Assembly: GCA_963612925.1 (NCBI GenBank)
Contig: CAVDXG010000004.1
Span: 1,084-65,083, forward strand
Length of the DNA stretch: 64,000 nucleotides
Direction: 5' to 3'
From: Coriobacteriaceae bacterium
Lineage (GTDB): Bacteria; Bacillota_I; Bacilli_A; RFN20; CAG-826
The position numbers and the translations under genes are program-made. The notes under the pieces were generated by a model. That model saw nothing but the letters and a program-made list of their open reading frames with translations. It was not told the origin of the DNA and searched no databases. Positions 18,800 through 27,471 of the stretch are shown one piece after another. The first letter of the stretch is position 1, and each line of letters starts with the position of its first letter.

Positions 18800-20022
18800 T
18801 GAAAGTTTCATTTGAAGAAGTACTTAAAAAAGCTGAATCATATAAAGCTGACATGACAAAATTCCTTCGCGATATGATCGCTATCCCTAGCGAATCATGC
18901 GATGAGAAGAAAGTCGTTCTTCGCATTAAAGAAGAAATGGAAAAAGTTGGTTTTGATAAAGTCGAAATCGATGGAATGGGCAATATTTTAGGTTATGTTG
19001 GTCATGGTAAGCACTTAATTGCTATGGATGCCCATATCGATACTGTCGGAATTGGCGAAATCAAAAACTGGAAATTTGATCCATATAAAGGCTTTGAAGA
19101 TGATGTTTATATTGGCGGACGTGGAGCTAGCGACCAAGAAGGTGGCATGGCTTCGATGGTTTACGCCGCGAAGATTATCAAAGATTTACATTTAGAAGAT
19201 GATTACACCTTATTAATTACCGGAACTGTCCAAGAAGAAGACTGCGATGGCTTGTGCTGGAAATACATCATCGAGGAAGACAAAATCCGACCGGAATTTG
19301 TCGTTTCGACTGAACCAACTAGCTGCCGAATTTATCGTGGGCATCGCGGAAGAATGGAAATCAAAGTCAATGTCCGTGGCATCTCTTGCCATGGTAGCGC
19401 CCCTGAACGTGGAGATAACGCCATCTACAAGATGGGACCTATCATTATGGATATCAAAAAACTCAATGAAGAAGGACTTGCCTACGATCCATTTATCGGA
19501 AAAGGTACAGTTACCATCTCGCAAATTTTCCATAAATCTCCATCTAGATGTGCAGTTGCAGATGGCTGTTGGATTAGTCTTGATCGACGCCTAACAGTTG
19601 GTGAAAATGATAAAACTTCCATTGCTGAAATTGAAAATTTACCTTCTGTTAAAGCAGCGAAAGCAGAAGTTAGCATGTATGAATATTCTCGTCCATCTTA
19701 TACCGGACTTGTCTATCCAATTGAATGCTATTTCCCAACCTGGGTCATTCCAGAAGAATCGATTTATTGTCAATCGATGAAGGAAGGCTACCAAAAACTC
19801 TTTAAAAAAGATCCTGTCATCGATAAATGGACCTTCTCAACCAATGGTGTTTCCATCATGGGAAGATATCATATACCTTGCATTGGCTTTGGCCCTGGAG
19901 ATGAGGAAGAAGCTCACGCTCCAAACGAAAAAACACGAAAACAAGATTTGGTAATATGTGCAGCAATGTATGCAGTCTTACCTAATATCTATTTAGAACA
20001 TTTAGAAAAAGGAGAAAAGTAA
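18799..20022 (+). CDS. ygeY: YgeY-family M20 metallo-amidohydrolase ('selenium metabolism-linked hydrolase')
   Basis: 407 aa with M20 motifs [15 protein letters not shown] and EEDCDG. TAATG overlap with the upstream gene. Confidence 0.85.
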   Translation: MKVSFEEVLKKAESYKADMTKFLRDMIAIPSESCDEKKVVLRIKEEMEKVGFDKVEIDGMGNILGYVGHGKHLIAMDAHIDTVGIGEIKNWKFDPYKGFEDDVYIGGRGASDQEGGMASMVYAAKIIKDLHLEDDYTLLITGTVQEEDCDGLCWKYIIEEDKIRPEFVVSTEPTSCRIYRGHRGRMEIKVNVRGISCHGSAPERGDNAIYKMGPIIMDIKKLNEEGLAYDPFIGKGTVTISQIFHKSPSRCAVADGCWISLDRRLTVGENDKTSIAEIENLPSVKAAKAEVSMYEYSRPSYTGLVYPIECYFPTWVIPEESIYCQSMKEGYQKLFKKDPVIDKWTFSTNGVSIMGRYHIPCIGFGPGDEEEAHAPNEKTRKQDLVICAAMYAVLPNIYLEHLEKGEK

Positions 20023-20026
20023 AAAA

Positions 20027-21040
20027 ATGAAAAAAATAGAACCTCGTTTTGCTGGTCGTCATCTCATCACTTTGGAAGATTTTTCTAAAGAAGAAATCGA
20101 CTACATGCTTCAAGTATCGCATGACTTAAAAGATGCTTTCTACCGCAATGAAGAAACTCAATGGTTAGTTGGAAAAACTGGTTTCTTGATGTTCTTTGAA
20201 CAATCAACAAGAACAAGAAATTCATTTGAATCTGGCATGGCTCAACTTGGAGGGCACGCCACATTCTTAGACACTTCTATGATGCAAATTGCTCACGGAG
20301 AATCCGCGAAGGATACCGCGGTTATTCTTTCTTCCTTTGGTCACATGATTGCCTGTAGATATTGCAACTGGGGATTAGGCAATAAATATATTCGTGAAAT
20401 GGCTAAATGGTCGACAGTTCCTGTCATCAATTTGCAATGCGATTTATTCCATCCTATGCAAGCTTTAGCGGATTTAATGACCATTGAAGATGAATTCAAT
20501 AAAGAAGTTAAGCATTTAAAAGTTTCTGTTATTTGGGCGATGGCAACTACTCATAAAAAACCAATCTCAGTTCCAGTTAGCCAAGTGCTTTTATTCCCTC
20601 GCTATGGAATGGATGTCACCCTTGCCTATCCTGAAGGCTATGATTTACCAGATTGGGTCATTGAAAAAGCGAGAAAGAACGCTGCTGAAAATGGCGGTTC
20701 ATTAACTATTACTCATGATATGGACGCCGCTTATCGCGATGCCGATGTCGTATTCCCTAAAAACTGGGGTTCATGGGTTACAAATCAATCCACGACCGTA
20801 GTCGATGATGCTTTGTTGGCTTTAAAATCTTGGAAGTGCACACCAGAAAAGATGGCACTTGCTAAACCTCATTGCCGTTATATGCACGCTCTTCCAGCTG
20901 ACAGAGTCAACGAAGTTGTTGATGAAGTTATCGACGGGCCAAATTCCGTAATTTATCAAGAAGCTGAAAATAGAATTCATACCGCGAAAGCAGTCATGGC
21001 TCTATTTGTTCACGATAAAGTCGCTAGCGATAGACGCTAA
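20027..21040 (+). CDS. ygeW: YgeW-like carbamoyltransferase (OTC/ATC superfamily)
   Basis: 337 aa with STRTR, QIAHGES, NLQCDLFHPMQALADL, KPISVP...GMDVTLAYPEGYDL and HALPA. These blocks line up with my recollection of E. coli YgeW, although this protein is shorter. Confidence 0.8.
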   Translation: MKKIEPRFAGRHLITLEDFSKEEIDYMLQVSHDLKDAFYRNEETQWLVGKTGFLMFFEQSTRTRNSFESGMAQLGGHATFLDTSMMQIAHGESAKDTAVILSSFGHMIACRYCNWGLGNKYIREMAKWSTVPVINLQCDLFHPMQALADLMTIEDEFNKEVKHLKVSVIWAMATTHKKPISVPVSQVLLFPRYGMDVTLAYPEGYDLPDWVIEKARKNAAENGGSLTITHDMDAAYRDADVVFPKNWGSWVTNQSTTVVDDALLALKSWKCTPEKMALAKPHCRYMHALPADRVNEVVDEVIDGPNSVIYQEAENRIHTAKAVMALFVHDKVASDRR

Positions 21041-21057
21041 GACAAATTGAATTAATT

Positions 21058-21090
21058 AAGCAAGTTCATTATGGACTTGCTTTTAATTTT
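21058..21090 (+). terminator. Rho-independent terminator closing the 15-gene operon
   Basis: Stem AAGCAAGTTC / GGACTTGCTT with a 5-nt loop, followed by a T-rich tract. Confidence 0.7.
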
Positions 21091-21115
21091 AGTAAGCGCG
21101 TGTATAATTAAGGGC

Positions 21116-22348
21116 GTGAAAAGTTTAAGAAATCTCTATCGAATCGGAAGAGGACCTTCCTCTTCTCACACCATTGGTCCTGAACGAGCATCCCAATTTT
21201 TAAAGAACAAATATAGCGATGCCACATCAATTGATGTCATTTTATATGGTTCACTTGCTTTCACCGGAAAAGGTCACTTAACAGATAAAGTTATAATCGA
21301 TACTTTTTCGCCTATTCCAACGAAAGTAGTTTTTGATTATAAAAGTAAGGTAGACTTTCCTAATACCTTTGATGTGATTATCCACTTCTTAGACAAAGAA
21401 GATGTTAAAAAAAGAGTCCTTTCATTAGGCGGAGGAGCAATATCGATTGAAGGTGAAGTAGAAGAAAATGAAGCTGAAGTTTATCCAGAAAAGAACTTTG
21501 CTGAAATTAAAGAATTTTGTCAAAAAAACAATTTTACCTTGCCTCAATATGTTGAACATTATGAAGGCAAAGACATCTGGCAGTTTCTAAAAAGCATCTG
21601 GGATCAAATGTGCAAAACCATTGATGCTGGAATGCATAATAAAGGTGAATTGCCAGGAAATTTGCACATTCATCGCCGGGCTAATAGCTTTTTACTTCCT
21701 TCACATTTAAAGGAATCTAGCTTCTCTAGATCTAATAGAATGATTGATGCGTATGCTTTTGCAACGAACGAGGAAAACGCTTCTGGCGGAGTGGTTGTAA
21801 CTGCCCCGACATGTGGAAGCTCTGGAACTCTTCCAGCTGTCTTGATGCATCTTATTGACCGTTATGAATATAATGACGATAAAATCGTTAAAGCTTTAGC
21901 GGTCGCCGGAGTAATTGGCAATGTTGTTAAAGCTAATGGTTCTATCTCAGGGGCTGAAGCAGGTTGCCAAGCTGAAATTGGCACTGCTTGCTCGATGGCC
22001 GCGGCGGCGACATCATATCTAAAAGGTTTTAATCTCGATCAAATCGAATATGCTGCAGAAGCTGCAATGGAGCATTCTTTAGGGCTCACTTGTGATCCAG
22101 TGGAAGGTTATGTTCAAATTCCTTGCATCGAGCGTAACGCCATTGCTGCAACAAAAGCATTAGCCTCAACCTATCTAGCTGAATATGCATCTTCATCTCA
22201 TCGAGTTAGTTTCGATACCATCGTACAAACAATGGTGGAAACTGGCCGAGATATGAAAAAGAAATATCGCGAAACTTCTAAAGGTGGTTTGGCGAAAGAT
22301 TATTTTTTAAACAATAAAAAGAGGAGGACTCGTAAAGATGGAAATTAA
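21116..22348 (+). CDS. sdaA: L-serine ammonia-lyase (Fe-S dependent, single-chain type)
   Basis: RIGRGPSSSHTIGP near the N-terminus, plus the CGSSGT and GAEAGCQAEIGTA motifs. I placed the start at GTG 21116, giving (M)KSLRNLYRIGRGPSSSHT, which parallels the E. coli SdaA N-terminus. The track ATG at 21071 lies in the loop of the upstream terminator. Confidence 0.85.
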   Translation: MKSLRNLYRIGRGPSSSHTIGPERASQFLKNKYSDATSIDVILYGSLAFTGKGHLTDKVIIDTFSPIPTKVVFDYKSKVDFPNTFDVIIHFLDKEDVKKRVLSLGGGAISIEGEVEENEAEVYPEKNFAEIKEFCQKNNFTLPQYVEHYEGKDIWQFLKSIWDQMCKTIDAGMHNKGELPGNLHIHRRANSFLLPSHLKESSFSRSNRMIDAYAFATNEENASGGVVVTAPTCGSSGTLPAVLMHLIDRYEYNDDKIVKALAVAGVIGNVVKANGSISGAEAGCQAEIGTACSMAAAATSYLKGFNLDQIEYAAEAAMEHSLGLTCDPVEGYVQIPCIERNAIAATKALASTYLAEYASSSHRVSFDTIVQTMVETGRDMKKKYRETSKGGLAKDYFLNNKKRRTRKDGN

Positions 22349-23669
22349 GTTTTTTAATTCCTTAACTAATAAAGTGGAAGTTTTTCATTCACTTAAAGAG
22401 AAAGAAGTCTCCATCTATTGCTGCGGTCCTACTGTTTATAATGATCCTCACATCGGTAACATTCGTCCCCCATTAGTGTTTGACACCTTAGCTCGCTTTT
22501 TTACATATTTAGGCTACAAAGTTAAATATGTTTCTAACTACACCGATGTCGATGACAAAATCATCAACAAAGCTCTTGAAGAAGGGGTAAGTGAGAAAGA
22601 AATTTCTGATCGCTACATCAAAGCGTATCGAGATGCTTTAGATAAATTGAATGTTTTACCACAATACAAAAACCCGCGTGTCACCGAATATATTGTAGAT
22701 ATCATCAATTACATTGCTGATTTAGTTAAGGATGGTTCTGCCTATGTAAAAGATGGAAATGTCTATTTTAGAGTCTCATCAGTTCCTGATTATGGAGTTT
22801 TATCTAACATCAATAAAGATGATTTAGTCATCGGTTCTCGCATTGAAGAAAATAGTGACAAAGAAAATCCTCTTGATTTTGTTTTATGGAAAAAGACTGA
22901 TAAAGGCATTAAATGGGATTCTCCTTGGGGAGAAGGCCGACCTGGTTGGCATACCGAATGCTGCGTGATGATCAATTCTATCTTTAAAGGATTAATCGAT
23001 ATTCATGGAGGAGGATTTGATTTAAAATTTCCTCATCATGAGAATGAAATCGCTCAAGAAAAAGCCCATGACCATCGAAACATTGCTAACTTTTGGATGC
23101 ACAACGGCTTTGTTAATTTAGATGATCAAAAGATGTCAAAATCTTTAGGCAATGTCATCTTAGCTAAAGATGCAATAAATCTATATGGAGGAAATCTATT
23201 AAGACTAATTATTATCTCTACTTACTATCGCTCGCCGGTAAGCTTAACTGAAGCGACGATTAGCTCAGCGAGAAACGAATTAGAGAAAATTAGTAAAGCT
23301 TATTGTCAAGCCGCGGTAGTTTTACAAATCAATAACCGTTCACTAGATTTTAAGACCACTAAGATTGAACCTTTTTTAAATTGTCTTGCAGATGATTTCA
23401 ATACTTCTAATGCTTTAAGCTATCTTTATTCAGTTGTTAAAGATGTCAACATTGAACTGAGAAAGAACCCATTGGATTTAGATGTTATACAAGATTATTT
23501 CGCTTGTTTAAAAGACATGCTATCTATTTTAGGATTAAAGATTGATTATCCTATTTTAAACGATGAATTGAAGAATATTTATAACCAATATTTAGAAGCA
23601 AAGAAAGCTAAAGATTTTGCTAAAAGCGATGAATTAAGAAAAATACTTATTAAAAATAAAATACTATAA
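22338..23669 (+). CDS. cysS: Cysteine--tRNA ligase
   Basis: 443 aa with CGPTVYNDPHIGN (HIGH) and KMSKS. An AGGAGG SD precedes the start, and the gene overlaps the sdaA end. Confidence 0.97.
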   Translation: MEIKFFNSLTNKVEVFHSLKEKEVSIYCCGPTVYNDPHIGNIRPPLVFDTLARFFTYLGYKVKYVSNYTDVDDKIINKALEEGVSEKEISDRYIKAYRDALDKLNVLPQYKNPRVTEYIVDIINYIADLVKDGSAYVKDGNVYFRVSSVPDYGVLSNINKDDLVIGSRIEENSDKENPLDFVLWKKTDKGIKWDSPWGEGRPGWHTECCVMINSIFKGLIDIHGGGFDLKFPHHENEIAQEKAHDHRNIANFWMHNGFVNLDDQKMSKSLGNVILAKDAINLYGGNLLRLIIISTYYRSPVSLTEATISSARNELEKISKAYCQAAVVLQINNRSLDFKTTKIEPFLNCLADDFNTSNALSYLYSVVKDVNIELRKNPLDLDVIQDYFACLKDMLSILGLKIDYPILNDELKNIYNQYLEAKKAKDFAKSDELRKILIKNKIL

Positions 23670-23671
23670 AA

Positions 23672-24412
23672 ATGAAGTTTGAGACTAAATTAGACAAAAA
23701 TATGCGAAACTTAATATACGGGAGAAATCCTCTATTGAGTTTTATCGCAAGTGGAGATATCCAGGAGGTATATCTGCAAAATAACTTTTCCGATAAAAGA
23801 ATATTGGATGAAATCACTAGCAGACATATACCTTTCACTTATTTATCTTTAAGCGAGCTAAATAAGCTGACGGAAAATGGCAACCACCAAGGTGTGGCGG
23901 CCTCTGTTAAGCCATTTCAATATTCATCTCTACAGGAAATCATCGAAAAAGCTAAAAACAAACTACAACCTCTTGTAGTAATCCTTGACGAGGTAGTTGA
24001 CCCTCATAATCTTGGGGCCATCATTCGTTCTTGTGACGCCTTTGACGTCGATGGGTTGATCATCAAATCCCGCAATCAAGTTCCAGTTAATATGACAGTA
24101 GTTAAAGTTTCCACTGGAGCTAGCAAATTTGTTAAGATTGCGATGGTCAACAATTTAGTTAACGCGATTAGAGTTTTGAAAGATAATGGATTTTGGGTCT
24201 ATGCTAGCGATGGCAAAGCCGAAAAGAGTTATTCCGAAATTTCTTATGATGGTAAAGTTGCCCTGATAATGGGCTCTGAAGGGAAAGGCATATCTTCACT
24301 TGTTCTTAAAAATTCTGATTTCATCGTGAAAATTCCTATGACTGGTCACGTTAATTCGCTAAATGTTAGTGTAGCAACAGCTATTTTGTTAAGTCGCATT
24401 AGAAATCGTTAA
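23672..24412 (+). CDS. rlmB: SpoU/TrmH-family 23S rRNA 2'-O-ribose methyltransferase (RlmB-like)
   Basis: 246 aa with an N-terminal SpoU-substrate-binding region and the C-terminal motifs MGSEGKGIS and SLNVSVA. Position after cysS matches Bacillus. Confidence 0.9.
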   Translation: MKFETKLDKNMRNLIYGRNPLLSFIASGDIQEVYLQNNFSDKRILDEITSRHIPFTYLSLSELNKLTENGNHQGVAASVKPFQYSSLQEIIEKAKNKLQPLVVILDEVVDPHNLGAIIRSCDAFDVDGLIIKSRNQVPVNMTVVKVSTGASKFVKIAMVNNLVNAIRVLKDNGFWVYASDGKAEKSYSEISYDGKVALIMGSEGKGISSLVLKNSDFIVKIPMTGHVNSLNVSVATAILLSRIRNR

Positions 24413-24461
24413 TTAATTCTCCTTCCATCACTCAAATATCAATTGATAAAGGAGGCATTGT

Positions 24462-25070
24462 ATGCTATCAAGTTTAAGTGATGAAGATATTATCCTGAAA
24501 GGAAAAACTAAAGAAAGTTATGACTTACTTTTGAAGCGATATCTCAAAAATTTTAAAAGCATTGTTCATGATGTTGCTATTACACTCAATCAAAAGCATT
24601 ACGAGGTTGATGATTATTTCTTTGAATTCTACACCTGCTTTCACAAAGCATTTGTAAAATACGATTCAATTAAAGGGAATTTTTATTCCTTTTTTAAAAC
24701 TATCTTTAAAAGAAAAGTAACTCTTAAAATGCTCTCAATAATTAAATCTAGAGATGCCTTGGATCACTCTATTTCTTTGAATTTTCAAATTGAAGAAGGA
24801 ACATCTTTGTTCGATTTAATCGAAAACAGGAATGCGGATGACCCGGTGAGCAGTTTTAGAGTTAATAACGCCAAACTAGTTTTAAAAGAAGCAATTCAAG
24901 ATGAATCTAGAAGAGGGAATGCTCGATATAAAGCTTTAATGCTTCGCGCGGACGGACTAACTTATAAAGAAATAGCGAAGAAGTTAGCGACTTCAATTTC
25001 CAAAGTCAGGCGATTAGTTGACACCAATAGCGACCTTCGCTTGAAAGATATTAAGCTTGATCTTAAATAA
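24462..25070 (+). CDS. sigH: Sigma-70 family sigma factor, SigH-like by position
   Basis: 202 aa with region-2-like and region-4 HTH (LTYKEIAKKLATSISKVRR) segments. It occupies the sigH slot between rlmB and rpmG-secE-nusG. Confidence 0.7.
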   Translation: MLSSLSDEDIILKGKTKESYDLLLKRYLKNFKSIVHDVAITLNQKHYEVDDYFFEFYTCFHKAFVKYDSIKGNFYSFFKTIFKRKVTLKMLSIIKSRDALDHSISLNFQIEEGTSLFDLIENRNADDPVSSFRVNNAKLVLKEAIQDESRRGNARYKALMLRADGLTYKEIAKKLATSISKVRRLVDTNSDLRLKDIKLDLK

Positions 25071-25122
25071 TTTATCTTTCTTTTTAGTATAATAATTGTG
25101 TTTTAGAAAGAAGGTTAATTTT

Positions 25123-25941
25123 ATGTCTGATTGCAATCATGAATGTGGAAACTGTGAAGTCTCCGACTGCCAAGAGAGAACATTTGAAAAGATTAAGCCT
25201 CATCAAGGCACCTCAATTAAGAAAATATTTGCCATCATAAGTGGCAAAGGTGGAGTTGGTAAATCACTTTTTACCTCTTTACTTGCTGTTGAACTAGCTA
25301 GAGCTGGTAAAAAAGTAGCGATTGTCGATGCCGATGTGACTGGACCAAGTATTCCGCAGGCCTTCGGACTAAAAGGGATGATGGCTTATAGCGATGAAAC
25401 CACGATTTATCCAGTTGTTTCTAAAACTGGTATCAAAATTATGTCCGCGAATTTATTGCTTCAAGATAATGAAGCTCCAATTATTTGGCGGGGGCCACTT
25501 GTCGCTGGCTTTGTTCAACAATTATTCACCGATGTTGATTATGGCGATATCGATTATATGCTCATCGATATGCCACCTGGAACAAGCGACATTCCTTTAA
25601 CTGTTTTCCAAATGATACCAATCGATGCTGCTTTAGTGGTTAGCTCTCCTCAAGAGCTCGTTTCCATGGTGGTAGCTAAATCAGTCAATATGGCTAAGAT
25701 GATGAACATTAATCTCCTCGGCGTGGCAATGAATATGGCTTATATTTCTTGCCCTGATTGCCATAAGAAAATTAATGTATTTGGTACCTCCTATAAAAAG
25801 GAAATCGCAAAACACAATCTTGATATTCTTGCCGAACTTCCGATTGACCCATCTCTAGCAAAATTTGTCGATGAAGGGCGCATTGAAGAATATAAAACCA
25901 CTGAATTGAAGAAACTACTTAAAAAAGTTCTTTCCGAATAA
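25123..25941 (+). CDS. Mrp/NBP35/ApbC-family Fe-S cluster carrier ATPase
   Basis: Deviant Walker A SGKGGVGKS and an N-terminal Cys-rich CNHECGNCEVSDC. The ATG at 25123 follows GAAAGAAGG. Confidence 0.9.
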   Translation: MSDCNHECGNCEVSDCQERTFEKIKPHQGTSIKKIFAIISGKGGVGKSLFTSLLAVELARAGKKVAIVDADVTGPSIPQAFGLKGMMAYSDETTIYPVVSKTGIKIMSANLLLQDNEAPIIWRGPLVAGFVQQLFTDVDYGDIDYMLIDMPPGTSDIPLTVFQMIPIDAALVVSSPQELVSMVVAKSVNMAKMMNINLLGVAMNMAYISCPDCHKKINVFGTSYKKEIAKHNLDILAELPIDPSLAKFVDEGRIEEYKTTELKKLLKKVLSE

Positions 25942-26005
25942 AATAACCGTTTTTTAGGTGTTTTGCCTAGATAATGGAGCAATTTTAAGTTAATACAATA
26001 AAAAG

Positions 26006-26040
26006 AAAACAGTTGTGGCTTGGCCGTTGCTGTTTTATTT
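26006..26040 (+). terminator. Probable terminator after the mrp-like gene
   Basis: Imperfect hairpin AAAACAG...CTGTTTT followed by a T-run. Confidence 0.45.
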
Positions 26041-26067
26041 AAAAGGTTTAAGGTGGAGGATAAAAAT

Positions 26068-26244
26068 ATGTCAATTAAAAACAAAGTTAAACTTTATAAC
26101 ATCTCTAAAAAAGTTGTGTTAGTCTTGCTTGGTTCGTTTATCCTTGCTCTGGCTGACGCACTTTTTATAATGCCTTGTTTAGTCATTAACTGAGATATTG
26201 ACTCGATTGGAGTTATCATCAATTTTATTTTAAAGAGGCTTTAG
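26068..26244 (+). pseudogene. Remnant of a YitT-family (DUF2179) membrane protein N-terminus
   Basis: A strong SD (AAGGTGGAGGA) precedes an ATG. The reading MSIKNK...LLGSFILALADALFIMPCLVIN is interrupted by TGA at 26191, continues as DIDSIGVIINFILKRL, then stops. There is no remainder of the gene. Confidence 0.4.
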
Positions 26245-26348
26245 GCTTTGAACTTCTTCGATTTTCTCCTCGTTCATTAAGAAGAATTTTGCATTATTAT
26301 GGCATCAAAACAAAAGAAGATATTGCTAAGGAGAAACAGGCTCATTAA
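26202..26348 (+). pseudogene. Start-less remnant resembling the C-terminal HTH of a regulator
   Basis: The open frame has no start codon. It reads ...EALGFELLRFSPRSLRRILHYYGIKTKEDIAKEKQAH*, resembling Fis-type 'LGISRSTLYRKLKKYGI' C-termini. Confidence 0.3.
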
Positions 26349-26429
26349 GATGTTCTTCAAATTCTATTTGACTTTGAGATTACTTTAGTCGTAAAGTTTA
26401 TAAGCAAGATGTTAATAGGGTAACGCTAA

Positions 26430-26576
26430 ATGAGAAAGAAAATAATTTTAATTTGCCCCGAATGCTTGTCGCGAAACTATACGACTAGCAAAAAAGAAGA
26501 AGATAACAAACGTCTTGAAATCAAAAAATATTGTCCAACTTGTAACAAGATGACCTTGCACAAGGAAAGCAAATAA
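26430..26576 (+). CDS. rpmG: 50S ribosomal protein L33
   Basis: Hand-translated 48 aa: [48 protein letters not shown]. It has two CxxC pairs and sits just upstream of secE. It is absent from the ORF track because of the size cut-off. Confidence 0.9.
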   Translation: MRKKIILICPECLSRNYTTSKKEEDNKRLEIKKYCPTCNKMTLHKESK

Positions 26577-26589
26577 AAGGAGGTTACTC

Positions 26590-26862
26590 ATGGGTGTTAA
26601 AAAATATAGTCAAGAAGTAATCAAAGAAGGTAAGCGTGTTCGCTGGCCAAAGAAAGAACAATTCTTTCCAACCTTAATCGCGGTTATCGTTGTCTGCGCC
26701 TTTACCGCTTTAATATTGACGATTGAAGACTGGGGAGCCGGAACGCTTATTGGTCAATTAAAAGAATTATTTAAAGGTTTAAAAAAGAATGATGGAACAA
26801 GTAGCGATAGCACATCAGTAGAAACTGCTATTCGAATTGTACGCATGTTCCTTGGGAGGTAA
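26590..26862 (+). CDS. secE: Preprotein translocase subunit SecE
   Basis: 90 aa with KRVRWPKKEQ followed by a single TM segment. Canonical position between rpmG and nusG. It carries a C-terminal extension after the TM. Confidence 0.9.
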   Translation: MGVKKYSQEVIKEGKRVRWPKKEQFFPTLIAVIVVCAFTALILTIEDWGAGTLIGQLKELFKGLKKNDGTSSDSTSVETAIRIVRMFLGR

Positions 26863-26864
26863 TT

Positions 26865-27425
26865 ATGGCAGAGCTAGCAGAAAAGCATTGGTATATTGTT
26901 AACACTTATTCTCAACACGAGAAGAAAGTGGCTGACAATCTAAGAAAAAGAATTGAAACATTAGGACTTCAAGATTATATCTTCAATGTCCTCGTGGCCG
27001 AACAAGAAGTGCCAGTTATCGACAAAGATAGTGGACTTCCTAAACCAGGAAAGACAAAAACCAAAAACCTCTATCCAGGTTATATCTTCGTGGAAATGAT
27101 TATGACTGATAAGGTTTGGTATGATGTTAGAAACACTCCAGGAGTTACCGGTATTGCTGGTTCCGCCGGTGGAGGACAAAAGCCAACACCTGTTTCACGC
27201 GTGGAAATGGAACCTGTCTTAAAACGCATGAACTTGATCGATTCTTCAATGTATGAAAACTACAATATTGGCGATCGAGTCAAAGTTATCCGCGGACCTC
27301 TTGAAGGTACCGAAGGCAAGATTCTCTCCATCAATAAAGATACTGGAGCGTGTCGAGTTGAAACCATCTTCTTTGGTCGACCTACACCAGTTGATGTGGA
27401 ATTCTCCGAGATTGAACGTTTATAA
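26865..27425 (+). CDS. nusG: Transcription termination/antitermination factor NusG
   Basis: 186 aa with an NGN domain (KHWYIVNTYSQHEKKV) and a KOW domain (GDRVKVIRGPLEG). Confidence 0.97.
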   Translation: MAELAEKHWYIVNTYSQHEKKVADNLRKRIETLGLQDYIFNVLVAEQEVPVIDKDSGLPKPGKTKTKNLYPGYIFVEMIMTDKVWYDVRNTPGVTGIAGSAGGGQKPTPVSRVEMEPVLKRMNLIDSSMYENYNIGDRVKVIRGPLEGTEGKILSINKDTGACRVETIFFGRPTPVDVEFSEIERL

Positions 27426-27435
27426 TATATAAGGG

Positions 27436-27458
27436 GCCTCAAAATGTTGAGGCTTTTT
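27436..27458 (+). terminator. Rho-independent terminator after nusG
   Basis: GCCTC, 8-nt loop, GAGGC, followed by TTTTT. Confidence 0.75.
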
Positions 27459-27471
27459 GTATCCTCATTTC

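Noticed and set aside
19213-19780. A cluster of overlapping 60-115-aa ORFs on both strands lies inside ygeY.
   Set aside because: All are embedded in the well-supported M20 hydrolase CDS. They are compositional artefacts.
25791-26084. A 97-aa minus-strand ORF covers the mrp 3' end and the intergenic region.
   Set aside because: It overlaps the mrp-like CDS and its terminator, shows no recognisable motif and has no SD. It is most likely spurious.
26191-26193. The in-frame TGA in the YitT-like fragment might indicate TGA=Trp (Mollicutes genetic code 4).
   Set aside because: serC (2628-2630), mocA (5491-5493) and several operon genes terminate at TGA exactly where homologues end. All long core genes are uninterrupted under code 11. 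The organism therefore uses the standard code, and the fragment is simply broken.
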